NCBI GenBank assembly: GCA_010093995.1
Contig: ML992503.1
Location: forward strand, 1,231,234 to 1,295,233
Direction: 5' to 3'
Origin: Elsinoe ampelina
Taxonomy: Eukaryota
Length of the DNA: 64,000 nucleotides
The number at the start of each line of letters is the position of its first letter. Positions within the stretch are counted from its first letter, which is position 1. Of this stretch, positions 47,358-57,330 are shown piece after piece. The notes below the pieces were generated by a model. The model made no database searches. It was not told where the DNA came from and saw nothing but the letters and a program-made list of their open reading frames with translations. The position numbers and the translations under genes are program-made.

Positions 47358-48056
47358 ATGTCTACTCCCAAGAAGCCCGCCACTTCGCCCGCCACTTCCA
47401 CCGCGCCACCGTCTCCCCTCGCACCTGGACCGCGTCGCGTCGCCATCTCAGCCTTTGACGTCCTTGCCTTCTTCAAGCGTTCGATCGACCGCAACATCTG
47501 TCCCTGCAACAATAACGTGGTAAGTCCGCTTCGCACCTGTCCTCTTCTCTTCGCCGTCCTCGCGATCGCAGCCCCGTGGGAAGAGCTTGAAAGATTCTGT
47601 TGGGAAATGCCATTCGAGATCACAGGACTAACGCTTGGAAAACGTCAGAAGAGCTGGCGGAGAAGAAATATCACAAAGTTGTCACAATCCAAGGGCTTCA
47701 TAATCTCTTCCAACGCGATCACGGAATAAAGAGGCAAGGTAGACTACAAAGGCTGACGGGCCCAGTCCTACCACTTCTACCACCCCATCACCCTCCCCGT
47801 CCCGGGCGGACTGACAAGCTGCGCCGACCTACATGGTGTGCTCGCTAGTCAGGGGAAGTATTGTCCTCCTGCGGCGATGTGTGTGTTCTGTAAAGGGGTG
47901 AGGCCGTTGAAGCCGAAGCTGTGAGACATGGGAGGGGAAAAGGATGGGAATTCGCTGCGAAGGACAGAAGGCGGGAGTAGGGAGTAGACAAAAGGGGTGT
48001 AGCTGGAGGTGGAGGGCATGTGGGTTTGTGAGAGGTGTGGGGGGAGAGGTTTGTAA
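47358..48056 (+). pseudogene. Possible degraded or orphan gene with a terminal CxxC...CxxC exon interrupted by stops
   Basis: ATG at 47358, donor GTAAGT at 47520, branch/acceptor signals at ~47626-47648 and ~47811-47848. The frame from 47850 reads MCVFCKGVRP..*..*..*..WVCERC. Confidence 0.3.
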
Positions 48057-48254
48057 GGGAGGTATTGGGCTGGAGAAACATGAGTGGAGGACGAGCTGAT
48101 GGAAACTGCGGAGGATGGTAATGAGCACGTATCAGAAACCTTCAATGAAGATGACAGAGTTTGCCTGCTGTCATTGTTTGCATTTGAGTCTGGTCGTCGT
48201 AAAAGGCCACGGTTTGGTGAGCCTGCCTCAACGTCTTGCCACTACCATGAGCGA

Positions 48255-49065
48255 TCAGAAGTCCTCCAATCCATCGCTGTCGCCATCGCCGTCGACGTCC
48301 ATCCCGTCCATCTCATCATCGTGCATGTTGTTGTTCCTGGTACGACGGCCCTGGATAGCCTTCTGCTTGCCTTTCGCGTGCGGTTTCTGTTTCTCTTTGC
48401 GCTTCATGACGCGAAAGGCATGAAGGTTGCCCATGACTTTGGTCGCTATGGTGGGTGCCTTGGTGATGAGATCGGCGTGCTCGAACTTGAATGCCTTGGC
48501 CCTTTTCTCAGGTGGGTTGGTGAAGCCGCGAACAATGAACTTCTCGAGACGAGAATTCGGCTTCGCCTTCTTCAAAGTTTCTTCGAGAAAGGGGAGGTCA
48601 GAGTTGAGCGGGGCTTTGACGACATTGTCGAACTTGTCGATTAGATATTGGACGAAGGTGTCGCTGTCAATTTCGTCACCGAACAGCATCATGTCGAGTA
48701 GGGCTTTGCCGATTGCTGGGCTGTTCTTCTGGTAGTTGGCGAAGACGGTGGTCACCTGGCCGCTAATCGCCCATTCGACAAACGAGGCGGCGGAAATCAC
48801 ATCGTGGTTCCTGACATCGATATGCTGGACGGCGATGTTCGCGTACTGAGGGCAGACTTGTACAAGCTTGGAGTGGTAGATGTATGCTCCTCCCTCCCTG
48901 GCGGAGATGAGGACCATGGAAGAGTAGGCCCTCTGTCTGTGCTTTGTCAGTGGTGTTCACCTCAGGGACTTCACGATGTAATATCACATACAGGGTCGCC
49001 CTGACGCGAGCGCTCACAGCGGCGTCGCTATCCACAGCGTTCATGATGGTGAGTTGTGAGCTCAT
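48255..49065 (-). CDS. Diverged BTB/POZ-like domain protein, 2 exons
   Basis: Intron 48937-48991 gives ..ATL|QRAYSSMVLISAREGGAYIYHSKLV...ASFVEWAISG, resembling the fungal BTB pattern (F.VH..LL / F..FV.WLY.G). Basic then acidic C-tail. Confidence 0.55.
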
Positions 49066-49391
49066 GATTGATGTTGATCTGGTTTCCGAGTGGCGTCTGT
49101 ATGTTGTCGCGAAGTGGAAAGGCAAACTTGGGAGCACGAGGAAGCTTTACCAAAATCGGTCTGAGGTCGCGTTTGTCCTTCCCATATTCTGATTGGCTCG
49201 CGCAGGAAGAAATGAAGACTTGCCGTTTGTCATCCAATAAAGGTAAACAGCTGTGTTTGTCGCGGGACAGAGGTCGGCCAGGCAAACGGAAGCATGTGAC
49301 AGATCCACCCACCTTGGGGATCATAAAACTCGCATCTCGTCCTCCTCGTGTGCTCCGTCCTTCACTCACTTTCGATTCTCACATCACCAAC

Positions 49392-50197
49392 ATGTCTGAT
49401 CCCGCAGATACTCAGCATCAAAGTCACGGACTTGGCGATGACTTCCAACAGATGTCGATCAACTCTAACGAGCAGCATGAGCAGGATCAAAGCAGTACCA
49501 TTTCCGAACAGAGTTCTCCGATGTTCACACCATCCGCATCTGATGACCAGTCCGACCCTGGTAGTGTCGAGAGCGACCATACGATAGAGCTCAACGGTGG
49601 AAACAACAGGAACGACATGATGACAGACATTGGGAATAAAATGCAAGTCCTCTTCTCCGCATGCCAACACACTGCTGACCTGCTCAAAGGGCAAAACAGA
49701 ATTCCGACATGGTGCTACTCCTCTGTGGTCATCCGCACCAAGCGCAATGGGTTCATCGCCACGTCCTGGTCAAAGCTTCCGCGGCGCTGGAGAGGCGACT
49801 TGCGGACATGGCCCCGTTCTCCACTCTCGAGCTGAGGTGTGCTTACACCCGTTTCGAAGTCGGTGCGTTTATCGAATGGGTCTATTCAGGCAGCATCGAC
49901 GAGACAATGAGCATGTTCGGACCGACCGAGGACAATATCGTCGGCAACACGGAGCGCGTCTGTGGTCTGATGCATCTCCACCGCTTTGCCTCGGACGTAG
50001 AGTGCGAGGAACTGATCAAGGTGGTGGAGGTGATGCTGTCGGAGGCTGGTCCGCTGACAGGGGCTGCCAAAATGGATGACCCAACTGTCATCGACTTTGG
50101 CGATGCACTCATGGTGGTCCCAAAGGCTCAGCGTGACAAGTGGCCAGGATCAGGACTCAAGAGAGGGTTTGACAACTATTCGGCTGAGGAGCATTGA
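49392..50197 (+). CDS. Diverged BTB/POZ-like domain protein, 2 exons (GC-AG intron)
   Basis: Intron 49643-49689 gives ..NKM|AKQNSDMVLLLCG...WVHRHVLVKAS...GAFIEWVYSG...LMHLHRFA....CEELIKVV. Confidence 0.65.
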
Positions 50198-50619
50198 GAT
50201 ATCGGTGAGGTCGGGGATCACGATACGTAGTTGCGGTGGAAGCTGCTTACAGTGTTGAGATCAAGATAAATCAAGTTTGTGAGGCGATGATCTCGGGTAC
50301 GGTTTTCCACAACGTCATGTGCGCTGCGCATTTGCAAGTTCTCTCCAGCGTACTCGTACATAATTCCATCCTCACCGTTCGAAGTTTCACGGATGACGCG
50401 TAAGCTGGGGGTGCTGAAGTAATTCTGGAACTACGCGCATATCTGCTGAAGTTGATGCCGGCCATAGAGACTCATCTGGATTTGGCATACCCGTGGTTGG
50501 AAGCTCTGTTGCTGGGCGGAACAAGATTCTAGCGTACCACGGGTTGAGGACTCGACCGTGTACTGCTACATCAAAGTGCTCAGCCGCTGCTTGTGCGTCG
50601 CGCGACCTCGCTATTCAAG

Positions 50620-52634
50620 ATGACGACTGTGAGGGACTTCCAGCCACCCGAGCGGGTCATGACGAACATGTCTGTCCAGACAGACCCCGCTGGACCTGTG
50701 CCGCGCCGAGGCACAACTTCAACTGCCAGACGGAGAGCAAGTATTATATCCTCCAGCGATTCGGTCAACTCGGCCATCTTACGAAGGCGAATTGCAAGAT
50801 CCAACACAATCAAGACCTATCATGACCCGGACCGGCCAAATTGGAAACCTGGTGCTGAACCTGGACTGGATACGACCAAGGAGGAAGGCGAAGACGAGCC
50901 CAGATTGACCGCTCTGTACGAACAATGCGCCATTCATATTACAGATGTCTCGGAAGAGCATATCTTCACTCAACAAACAGATAACGACGACTTGAAAGAT
51001 GTCTTGAACGAGCCACGGCCGGATGACATGCCACTTCGTTGGATCAGTGTCAATGGCCTATCCTGGGATGTCATCAAGATCCTCGCAAACAAGTACGGAC
51101 TCCACAGACTTGCGGTCGAAGACATGATCAACACTCGATCTAGGACGAAAGTAGACTGGTACTCAGATCATGCTTTTGCCATTCTGACTCTGCAGAAGTT
51201 AGTCAGAATCTGCACTCATCAGGAGGAAGGCGACTGTGACTGTGATAGTTGTGACAATGACATTGAAACTTCCGGAAAGATACAAAAGAGCGGCAAATCT
51301 GGTCTCATGTCATGGGTATCTTATCTGGGAGGCCGGTCCGACGGAGATGTCCTTCCTCAGTACCAAGAGACAGCGCCACACAATACTGTCAAGGCTCACA
51401 ACTCGACATCTGCCGAAGCTCCTGTCAAGTACATCCGGACGTTACACAGATACGAGGGGGCCCATAATCCAGAACACACCGCTTTCATGGAGAAGCACTC
51501 TGCGCTGGCGCAGGAGAATCTCGTGGTCAGCGTAGAGCAGGTAGCCATCTTCCTCATGGCAGACAATACTGTCATATCTTTCTACGAGCATTCTGGACCG
51601 GATGTCGAAGCTCCCATTCTGGAACGTCTCAATAGTCCGGAGACTATGCTTCGACGGAGCTGCGATGCTTCTCTGCTGATGGAAGCCATTATTGACACGA
51701 TTGTCGATCTGGCTCTTCCGATCAAAGACGCCTATAACAAAGCAAGAAAGGAGATGCAAATCGACGTGCTCACGAATCCCGATATCGAGACCTCCAAAAG
51801 TCTGTACATCTTCAGCGAAGAAGTTGACATGCTCCAGAACCTCTTCAAGCCTATCGTGCACCTGGTCAATGCACTGAGAGATCATCAGATAGACCCTTTA
51901 CATCAGCAGCCAAACGGTCTATCTGCGCGGAACTCCAGTCGGAACCTCCTCAGTCCACATGGGACCATGGGCAATCCTAACAACCCTTCCACAACCGAGC
52001 AAGAGTTCATGCATCGCAATTCTGCTGGACCACAGCGACGACCTCTGAATAGATCGCAGACGTCCACGTCTGTTGTCATATCACCACTTGCACATACTTA
52101 TCTTGGAGACGTCCTCGATCACTGTCTCACACACATCCAGTCCCTCGAGCAGATGGATGCATCTGCCAACAACCTATCTTCGTTGATCTTCAATACCGTC
52201 GGAGCGAATACGAACAACTTCATGATGATCCTCGCCCTAGTCACAGTCTTCTTCAGCCCTCTCACCTTTATCAGCGGTTATTTTGGTACGTATTTCTCCT
52301 CATGTCTTTAAAAAATGTATCGCTGACACTACTAGGAATGAACTTTGAGCGATTCGAAGCGATCAAGGTGCATTCAGATGCCTTTTTCTGGCTCGTCGCC
52401 CTACCGAGTGTATTTGTCTTCATGGCGGCAGTCAGCGGCAACGTCATATGGGCCACGATCAAGACATGGACAGTCAAAGCCACCATCAAAAAGATCAGGA
52501 AAGCCAAGAATCAAAGAAGAGCAGCTGGCTTTGGCGCTATTCAACCCGTCCCTGGCAGTGTGGCTAAGAGTCGAAGCAATGGGTTCGGCAACTTTAACGG
52601 AGCTGCGAAGCGAACCAAGACGACTGGCCGATGA
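50620..52634 (+). CDS. CorA-family Mg2+/divalent cation transporter
   Basis: RWISVNGLSWDVI, GLHRLAVED, RTKVDWY, VSVEQVAIF and YLGDVLDH. Intron 52286-52335 restores PLTFISGYFG|MNF (GMN signature). Confidence 0.92.
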
Positions 52635-52820
52635 CTAGTAGACGCGAGAGGGCAGCACTATGCCGAAGAAAGTGGACAGGAAGAGTCGGACAGTGACGAC
52701 GAGCCACAAGAGGCGCAAGAAGATACCCCGCTGCTGAAAAAGCACCATGATTGATATGGCGTATGTACTTTTGGTATAGATACAGTATATGCATATTATC
52801 TCCCTTGCACCCAATCATCA

Positions 52821-53711
52821 TCATATCCTCGCCTTGATCGGGCTTAAACCAAACGTCGTCCAGAACTCCCTCGTGTCATAGCATCGTCCTAGCTCTTCCA
52901 TGCTCCGCGGCAGGCCCTTGACTCCCGTCTCATTCATCAACTCAAACACCCACTTGGCCTGCTTACTCGGCTCCTTTCCCTCTCCCACGTCCGCCCATCC
53001 CACAAACAACGACCACCAATCATACACAAACCCATCCGTCAACATCCACCTCTGCCCATGACACCTCTTACACTCATCCTCCTCCCGATCCGCCTCCCAC
53101 GCCTTCACAACCGCCACAATCGCCCTTCCCACATCCAACCCATGGATCATATGCAACGACTTCTTCGCCTTGACCTGCTCCTTCGTCATCGCCACCCTCT
53201 CGACCCAATTCTTCGGCTCCCTGGACCCTCCCCATAGCCCGCTCAAGTTCAACACAATAGCTCCTCGGCCGAGGTACTCCTCCTCTGTCAACGCCCTGGC
53301 GTTATCCCGATCGTAGGGAGAGTAGCGATTATACCACGGGCCCTCCTCCCCTTCTTCGCCAGCTGCGTACGGGCTCCCCACTTGCCAGATCCCGGTGCTC
53401 CCCAGCACGATCCAGCGCACTGTTTCCTGCACGCGGGGATGTGTCTCGAGGTAAGCGTTGACTAGCTTTGCGGCCTCCTCGTTGCTCTTGACGGGGAAGG
53501 TGATGAGCACGTAGCGTGCGGCTGGCAGGGTGGAGAAGTAGGATTGATCTGTCGCCGAGGGGTCGTACTTGAATTTGAGGGAGGGGGTGGAGTCGACGGT
53601 TCGTCCGGAGGTGGTGGTTAGGGCGTGGGAGAGGTGGGCGTCGCGGAGGAGGGGGAGGAGGAAAGTCGCGGTCCAGCCGGCGCCGAGGATGAGGAGGTCG
53701 ACTTGTTGCAT
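52821..53711 (-). CDS. NAD(P)-binding Rossmann-fold protein (atypical SDR/epimerase-like)
   Basis: ATG at 53711; LLILGAGWT, VLITFP, LGSTGIW, LNLSGLWGG.R.P and SLHMIHGLDV.RAI. Confidence 0.8.
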   Translation of the reverse strand: MQQVDLLILGAGWTATFLLPLLRDAHLSHALTTTSGRTVDSTPSLKFKYDPSATDQSYFSTLPAARYVLITFPVKSNEEAAKLVNAYLETHPRVQETVRWIVLGSTGIWQVGSPYAAGEEGEEGPWYNRYSPYDRDNARALTEEEYLGRGAIVLNLSGLWGGSREPKNWVERVAMTKEQVKAKKSLHMIHGLDVGRAIVAVVKAWEADREEDECKRCHGQRWMLTDGFVYDWWSLFVGWADVGEGKEPSKQAKWVFELMNETGVKGLPRSMEELGRCYDTREFWTTFGLSPIKARI

Positions 53712-54024
53712 TGTTGAGGGATGGAGGGGAGGAAGGGGGTTGGAGAGGTGGAGACGGGTGGAGGTGATGGGTCGGGTGGGGCGGGGCAAGCTTGGGGGGA
53801 GCTCTTACGGAGGCCTTTTGGGGGTCGCACCTTCATTTCACGACAAGGGAAATCATGTATCGACTTTTTGCGCCGTTGAGGTCTGAATAGAAGACTGGAT
53901 GAATAGACACGATATACCAATACCATAAACGCCATGTACAACTTCGAAACCATCCGGGCTTCCACACATCCCCCTCAGACCTGAGCAGCCAGTAGGACCA
54001 CGGACTGTCCCACGATTGATGCAT

Positions 54025-55785
54025 TCAAGCTGCATGTGTCCGCAAGACTCGGTGATCCGCACGAACGTCGTCCACCACAGCGTCCCAATTCAGGGCCGTC
54101 CGACGCCAAGGGCTATCTTCACTGCTGTCCCAGATCTGTTCCAACAGCTCTTCCTTCTCCTCCGGCATGTCCCGCCAGGAGAGTGCTCCAGGATGTCTGT
54201 AATCCATCACCATGTCATTGCGTCTGTACCGAGACTCTATCTGAGGGCCTTGCCCGCCTCTCAGTCGATCAGTCACTTCGACGTGATACCATTCAGCATC
54301 CTGTTCGTGGAGGTCGTCGGGTCTCCTGGATATCCACACACGGACTGGGAACATACCGATTCTGGTGGGAAGGGTCCAAAAGTCTTCGCCAGGACGAACC
54401 CACATGGCGACGCAGAACTGGCCTCGGTATATCCTTGGTAGCTCCGGGATGCCGAGCTCTTGGTCTTCAAGCACCACAAAGTCGGGGACTCTGCCGAACA
54501 GCTCGTCCATGATCTTGAGGTCGTATCGGACGTGACGGCAGGTGAGAAGGGGTGGTGGTGAACCCAGCTCACCCAAGCGGCGAAGCACCCCTGGGCGGCG
54601 AATGTCGACGTCCGGTCCTGATTCCGAGCTGTCCGAGTCGCTGCTGGACTCATCAGGGGGAGTGATAACGCTGTCGGCCCCATCACTGTCTGAGCTCTCC
54701 ACGCACAATATCTCGCCCGAACCCTCGCTGTCAGTATCCATGCGCTCCTCGAGACAGGTCTGACAAAGGAATTCGCCAGAATCACTTCCGGACTCTGAAT
54801 CGTTCGCATCGTCCACGAACGCCCCTTCCTCGTCGATCGTATGACATGTCCCGCATATGAAGGCTCCGACTGTAGGGTCGATTTCGATATCGCCGTCTTC
54901 GCTGGACTCTACGTTGTCGTCGATCTCCGTCTGCTCTTCGTAACAGGTCTCACAAAGCCGTCCGCCAGAATCACTTCCAGATTCAAAACCGTTCGCACCG
55001 TCCCTCAACCCTTCATCGACAATGGCGTGGCAATTCCCGCATGTTGGGCCATCAATGGAACTGGATCCGACACTTTCGTCTTCAGCACCGCTTTCATCGT
55101 CGCTAGACTCTCCTTCTCCGTACCACCCGATGATCGAACGACAAGTTCCGCTTACGAGAGCCCCAGGTGGAGGGTCGAAGCCGAGTTCGATTTCCTCTTC
55201 GCTGGAGTCTGAGCCTTCATCGATACCGGCACAGGTTCCGCATATCAATCCTGTGTTACCAATTCCCCCGGGGAGTCTACCGTGGCTGCTGGAGTCTTCA
55301 CTGTCGTCAGACTCCTCGTCACTAGCGCCAAAGATCCGGAAGTCTTCGGGTAGTAATGGCGTCTGAGGTCGAATGGTGCGAGTCCATCGTGGGCGAGGCG
55401 ATTGAAGGATGGCCTCTGGGTCATCGGAGCTGGCTTCACGGATGTCGGGTTGTTGCAGAGGCGGAAAATGGACTCTGCCTCTTCGAGCTGGTATTCCTGG
55501 TGGACTCTGTGGTGGGATCCTGGCGGGCAGCAATTCGGGCAGAATGGGTCCTGACCGGGGTGGGCTCGGGGGAGCCGCATTTCGGGCTGTCAATGGCGTC
55601 TGCAGTGGTTCTTCTGCAGCAGGCGAGGGTACCGCACTGCTCTGGACACCAGAAGTAGCACCTGCGGCAGATCGACATCCCCTGCGTGGGTTACGGCGAA
55701 CACCACTGGTCTTGGACATGGGCTGGATAGCAGACCTCCGTCGTGCTGCGGCCTTTGCCTTCGTTTTGGACTTTTTATTGGCCAT
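54025..55785 (-). CDS. Orphan protein X1: basic N-terminus, acidic CxxC repeats, C-terminal shared 'X' domain
   Basis: Long intronless ORF, likely start MANKKSKTKAK at 55785. The C-terminal ~170 aa align by eye with X2 and partly with X3. Confidence 0.75.
   Translation of the reverse strand: MANKKSKTKAKAAARRRSAIQPMSKTSGVRRNPRRGCRSAAGATSGVQSSAVPSPAAEEPLQTPLTARNAAPPSPPRSGPILPELLPARIPPQSPPGIPARRGRVHFPPLQQPDIREASSDDPEAILQSPRPRWTRTIRPQTPLLPEDFRIFGASDEESDDSEDSSSHGRLPGGIGNTGLICGTCAGIDEGSDSSEEEIELGFDPPPGALVSGTCRSIIGWYGEGESSDDESGAEDESVGSSSIDGPTCGNCHAIVDEGLRDGANGFESGSDSGGRLCETCYEEQTEIDDNVESSEDGDIEIDPTVGAFICGTCHTIDEEGAFVDDANDSESGSDSGEFLCQTCLEERMDTDSEGSGEILCVESSDSDGADSVITPPDESSSDSDSSESGPDVDIRRPGVLRRLGELGSPPPLLTCRHVRYDLKIMDELFGRVPDFVVLEDQELGIPELPRIYRGQFCVAMWVRPGEDFWTLPTRIGMFPVRVWISRRPDDLHEQDAEWYHVEVTDRLRGGQGPQIESRYRRNDMVMDYRHPGALSWRDMPEEKEELLEQIWDSSEDSPWRRTALNWDAVVDDVRADHRVLRTHAA
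54752..55045 (-). repeat. Internal tandem duplication (~190-bp period) in X1 encoding CxxC-acidic-CxxC units
   Basis: acaggtctgacaaaggaattcgccagaatcacttccggactctgaatcgttcgcatcgtcc versus acaggtctcacaaagccgtccgccagaatcacttccagattcaaaaccgttcgcaccgtcc. Confidence 0.8.
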
Positions 55786-56109
55786 GATGACGGACTGATT
55801 CAACCAATGCGTTGTGGAAGAGGAGCAAGTCGAACTTGTGCGCGTCCATGAGATAAAACCTCGGCCATGGGACACGGTCACAAAGAGATGCATTCCTGGA
55901 TCTACCCTCCTCGAAGACAAAGAGCTGCATTCGGTCCTGGCTGAAAGCGCAATATCACTGTTCACGGTTTAGCTCGTCCGATCGTCACTGGAAGATGTGG
56001 TCCCAAAGGTATCGACAAAACTGGCTCTACACAATGTTCGCTGCTCTGCCTGACTATCAGTTTAAGCCACTGAAGCCAGTCTCCCGGAAAGTAACCACGT
56101 CAATTACCC

Positions 56110-56874
56110 TCACAACTCCTCCGTCTCCCCCCTCGTCTCCAATATCACACGTTTTTCCTCCCTACAATCATTCAAAAACTGCTCCCACGTCTTTTCACCT
56201 CTCGTACTCCGCAAGACCGACTGCGCAAACATTTCCAACCGATCCTTCTCCATCTGCGACGCACGCATCCACGCCTCCCCACCCGGATCTCCCGGCACAA
56301 ATGGTAGCCTCTTAGAGTCAATATCGTCATTCCCAGAGTCAGGAACCACACCCCTCAAAGCATCCGTGATCTCCACCGTATATATGATCTCGCCCTTGAA
56401 ATGCGACACCCAGAACCGATAAGGGTACATGGTCTCCTGAGGGTAGTTCTCCAGACTATCACCCGGTCCAAGCCACACGGGGACGCAGTCCAGCCCGTTA
56501 CGAGGCCCACTGGTCAGACGTGCCTTCATGTCGACTTGGAGGGTGAGCCTCCCAGGCCGACCAAAGAGATCGTTCAGGCTCTTGAGGTCCTGCCGTACGT
56601 GGTACCGCTGGGCGGATTTCTTCCTCCGCTTCATGACTTTCTGTGGTACGACCAGTTTACTGGGATCTTGGGGTTTCTTTACAGGCGAGACTTTGCCGAG
56701 GCGAGGCGTGGCTTCGATGAGAGCGATGGCGGGGACTTGTGGTGGGGTCTTGGGGGGCTCGGCGGGTGCGCTGCTGGCGCTGGCGCTGATCGGTCGGGAC
56801 ATGCCGGGGATTGAATTGGCGATTCGCTTGAGCTGTTGGCGGCGCTTTTCCATTTGGGCTCGGGTGAACATCAT
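56110..56874 (-). CDS. Orphan protein X2: short basic/Pro-rich N-terminus + 'X' domain
   Basis: Likely start MMFTRAQMEKRR at 56874; NLS-like KRRKK; domain beginning YHVRQDLKSLNDLFGRP. Confidence 0.7.
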   Translation of the reverse strand: MMFTRAQMEKRRQQLKRIANSIPGMSRPISASASSAPAEPPKTPPQVPAIALIEATPRLGKVSPVKKPQDPSKLVVPQKVMKRRKKSAQRYHVRQDLKSLNDLFGRPGRLTLQVDMKARLTSGPRNGLDCVPVWLGPGDSLENYPQETMYPYRFWVSHFKGEIIYTVEITDALRGVVPDSGNDDIDSKRLPFVPGDPGGEAWMRASQMEKDRLEMFAQSVLRSTRGEKTWEQFLNDCREEKRVILETRGETEEL

Positions 56875-57330
56875 CTTGGTTGTTGTGCTCGACGTGGCCG
56901 GTATGTTTTGAGGATGAAGCGCAGCGGCCAATATGCGGGTATGATATTGCTCTCGTCCACATGCTGTAGATAAAGAGGTCGACTTGGCCGGATGCGGTGG
57001 CAGTCCTTTGTCGTCGCTGGCCACAATAAAGGGAATGCGGTAAAGCACAAAGGATGTGTCTCCGACGCATGTGTCTGGTCTAGGGCCTGGTCGTCCACAC
57101 TCTACCGGTGCAGAGCGAAACCACATGGTCCGGGAAACCGCTCCAAAGGGGGCGTTACATATGCTCGCCCCGGGTGTTCTGGGAGGAATCAATGCATTGA
57201 TGACACTTCATTTTGATGAAAAGATTTGAGAACGTTAACGCAATTACGAACGAGCATACCAGGATAAGCCCAGTCGAAGACACTTCCTCAAACCGGCCCT
57301 TCTGATAAACACCACAGCTGGCGTCTTCCT

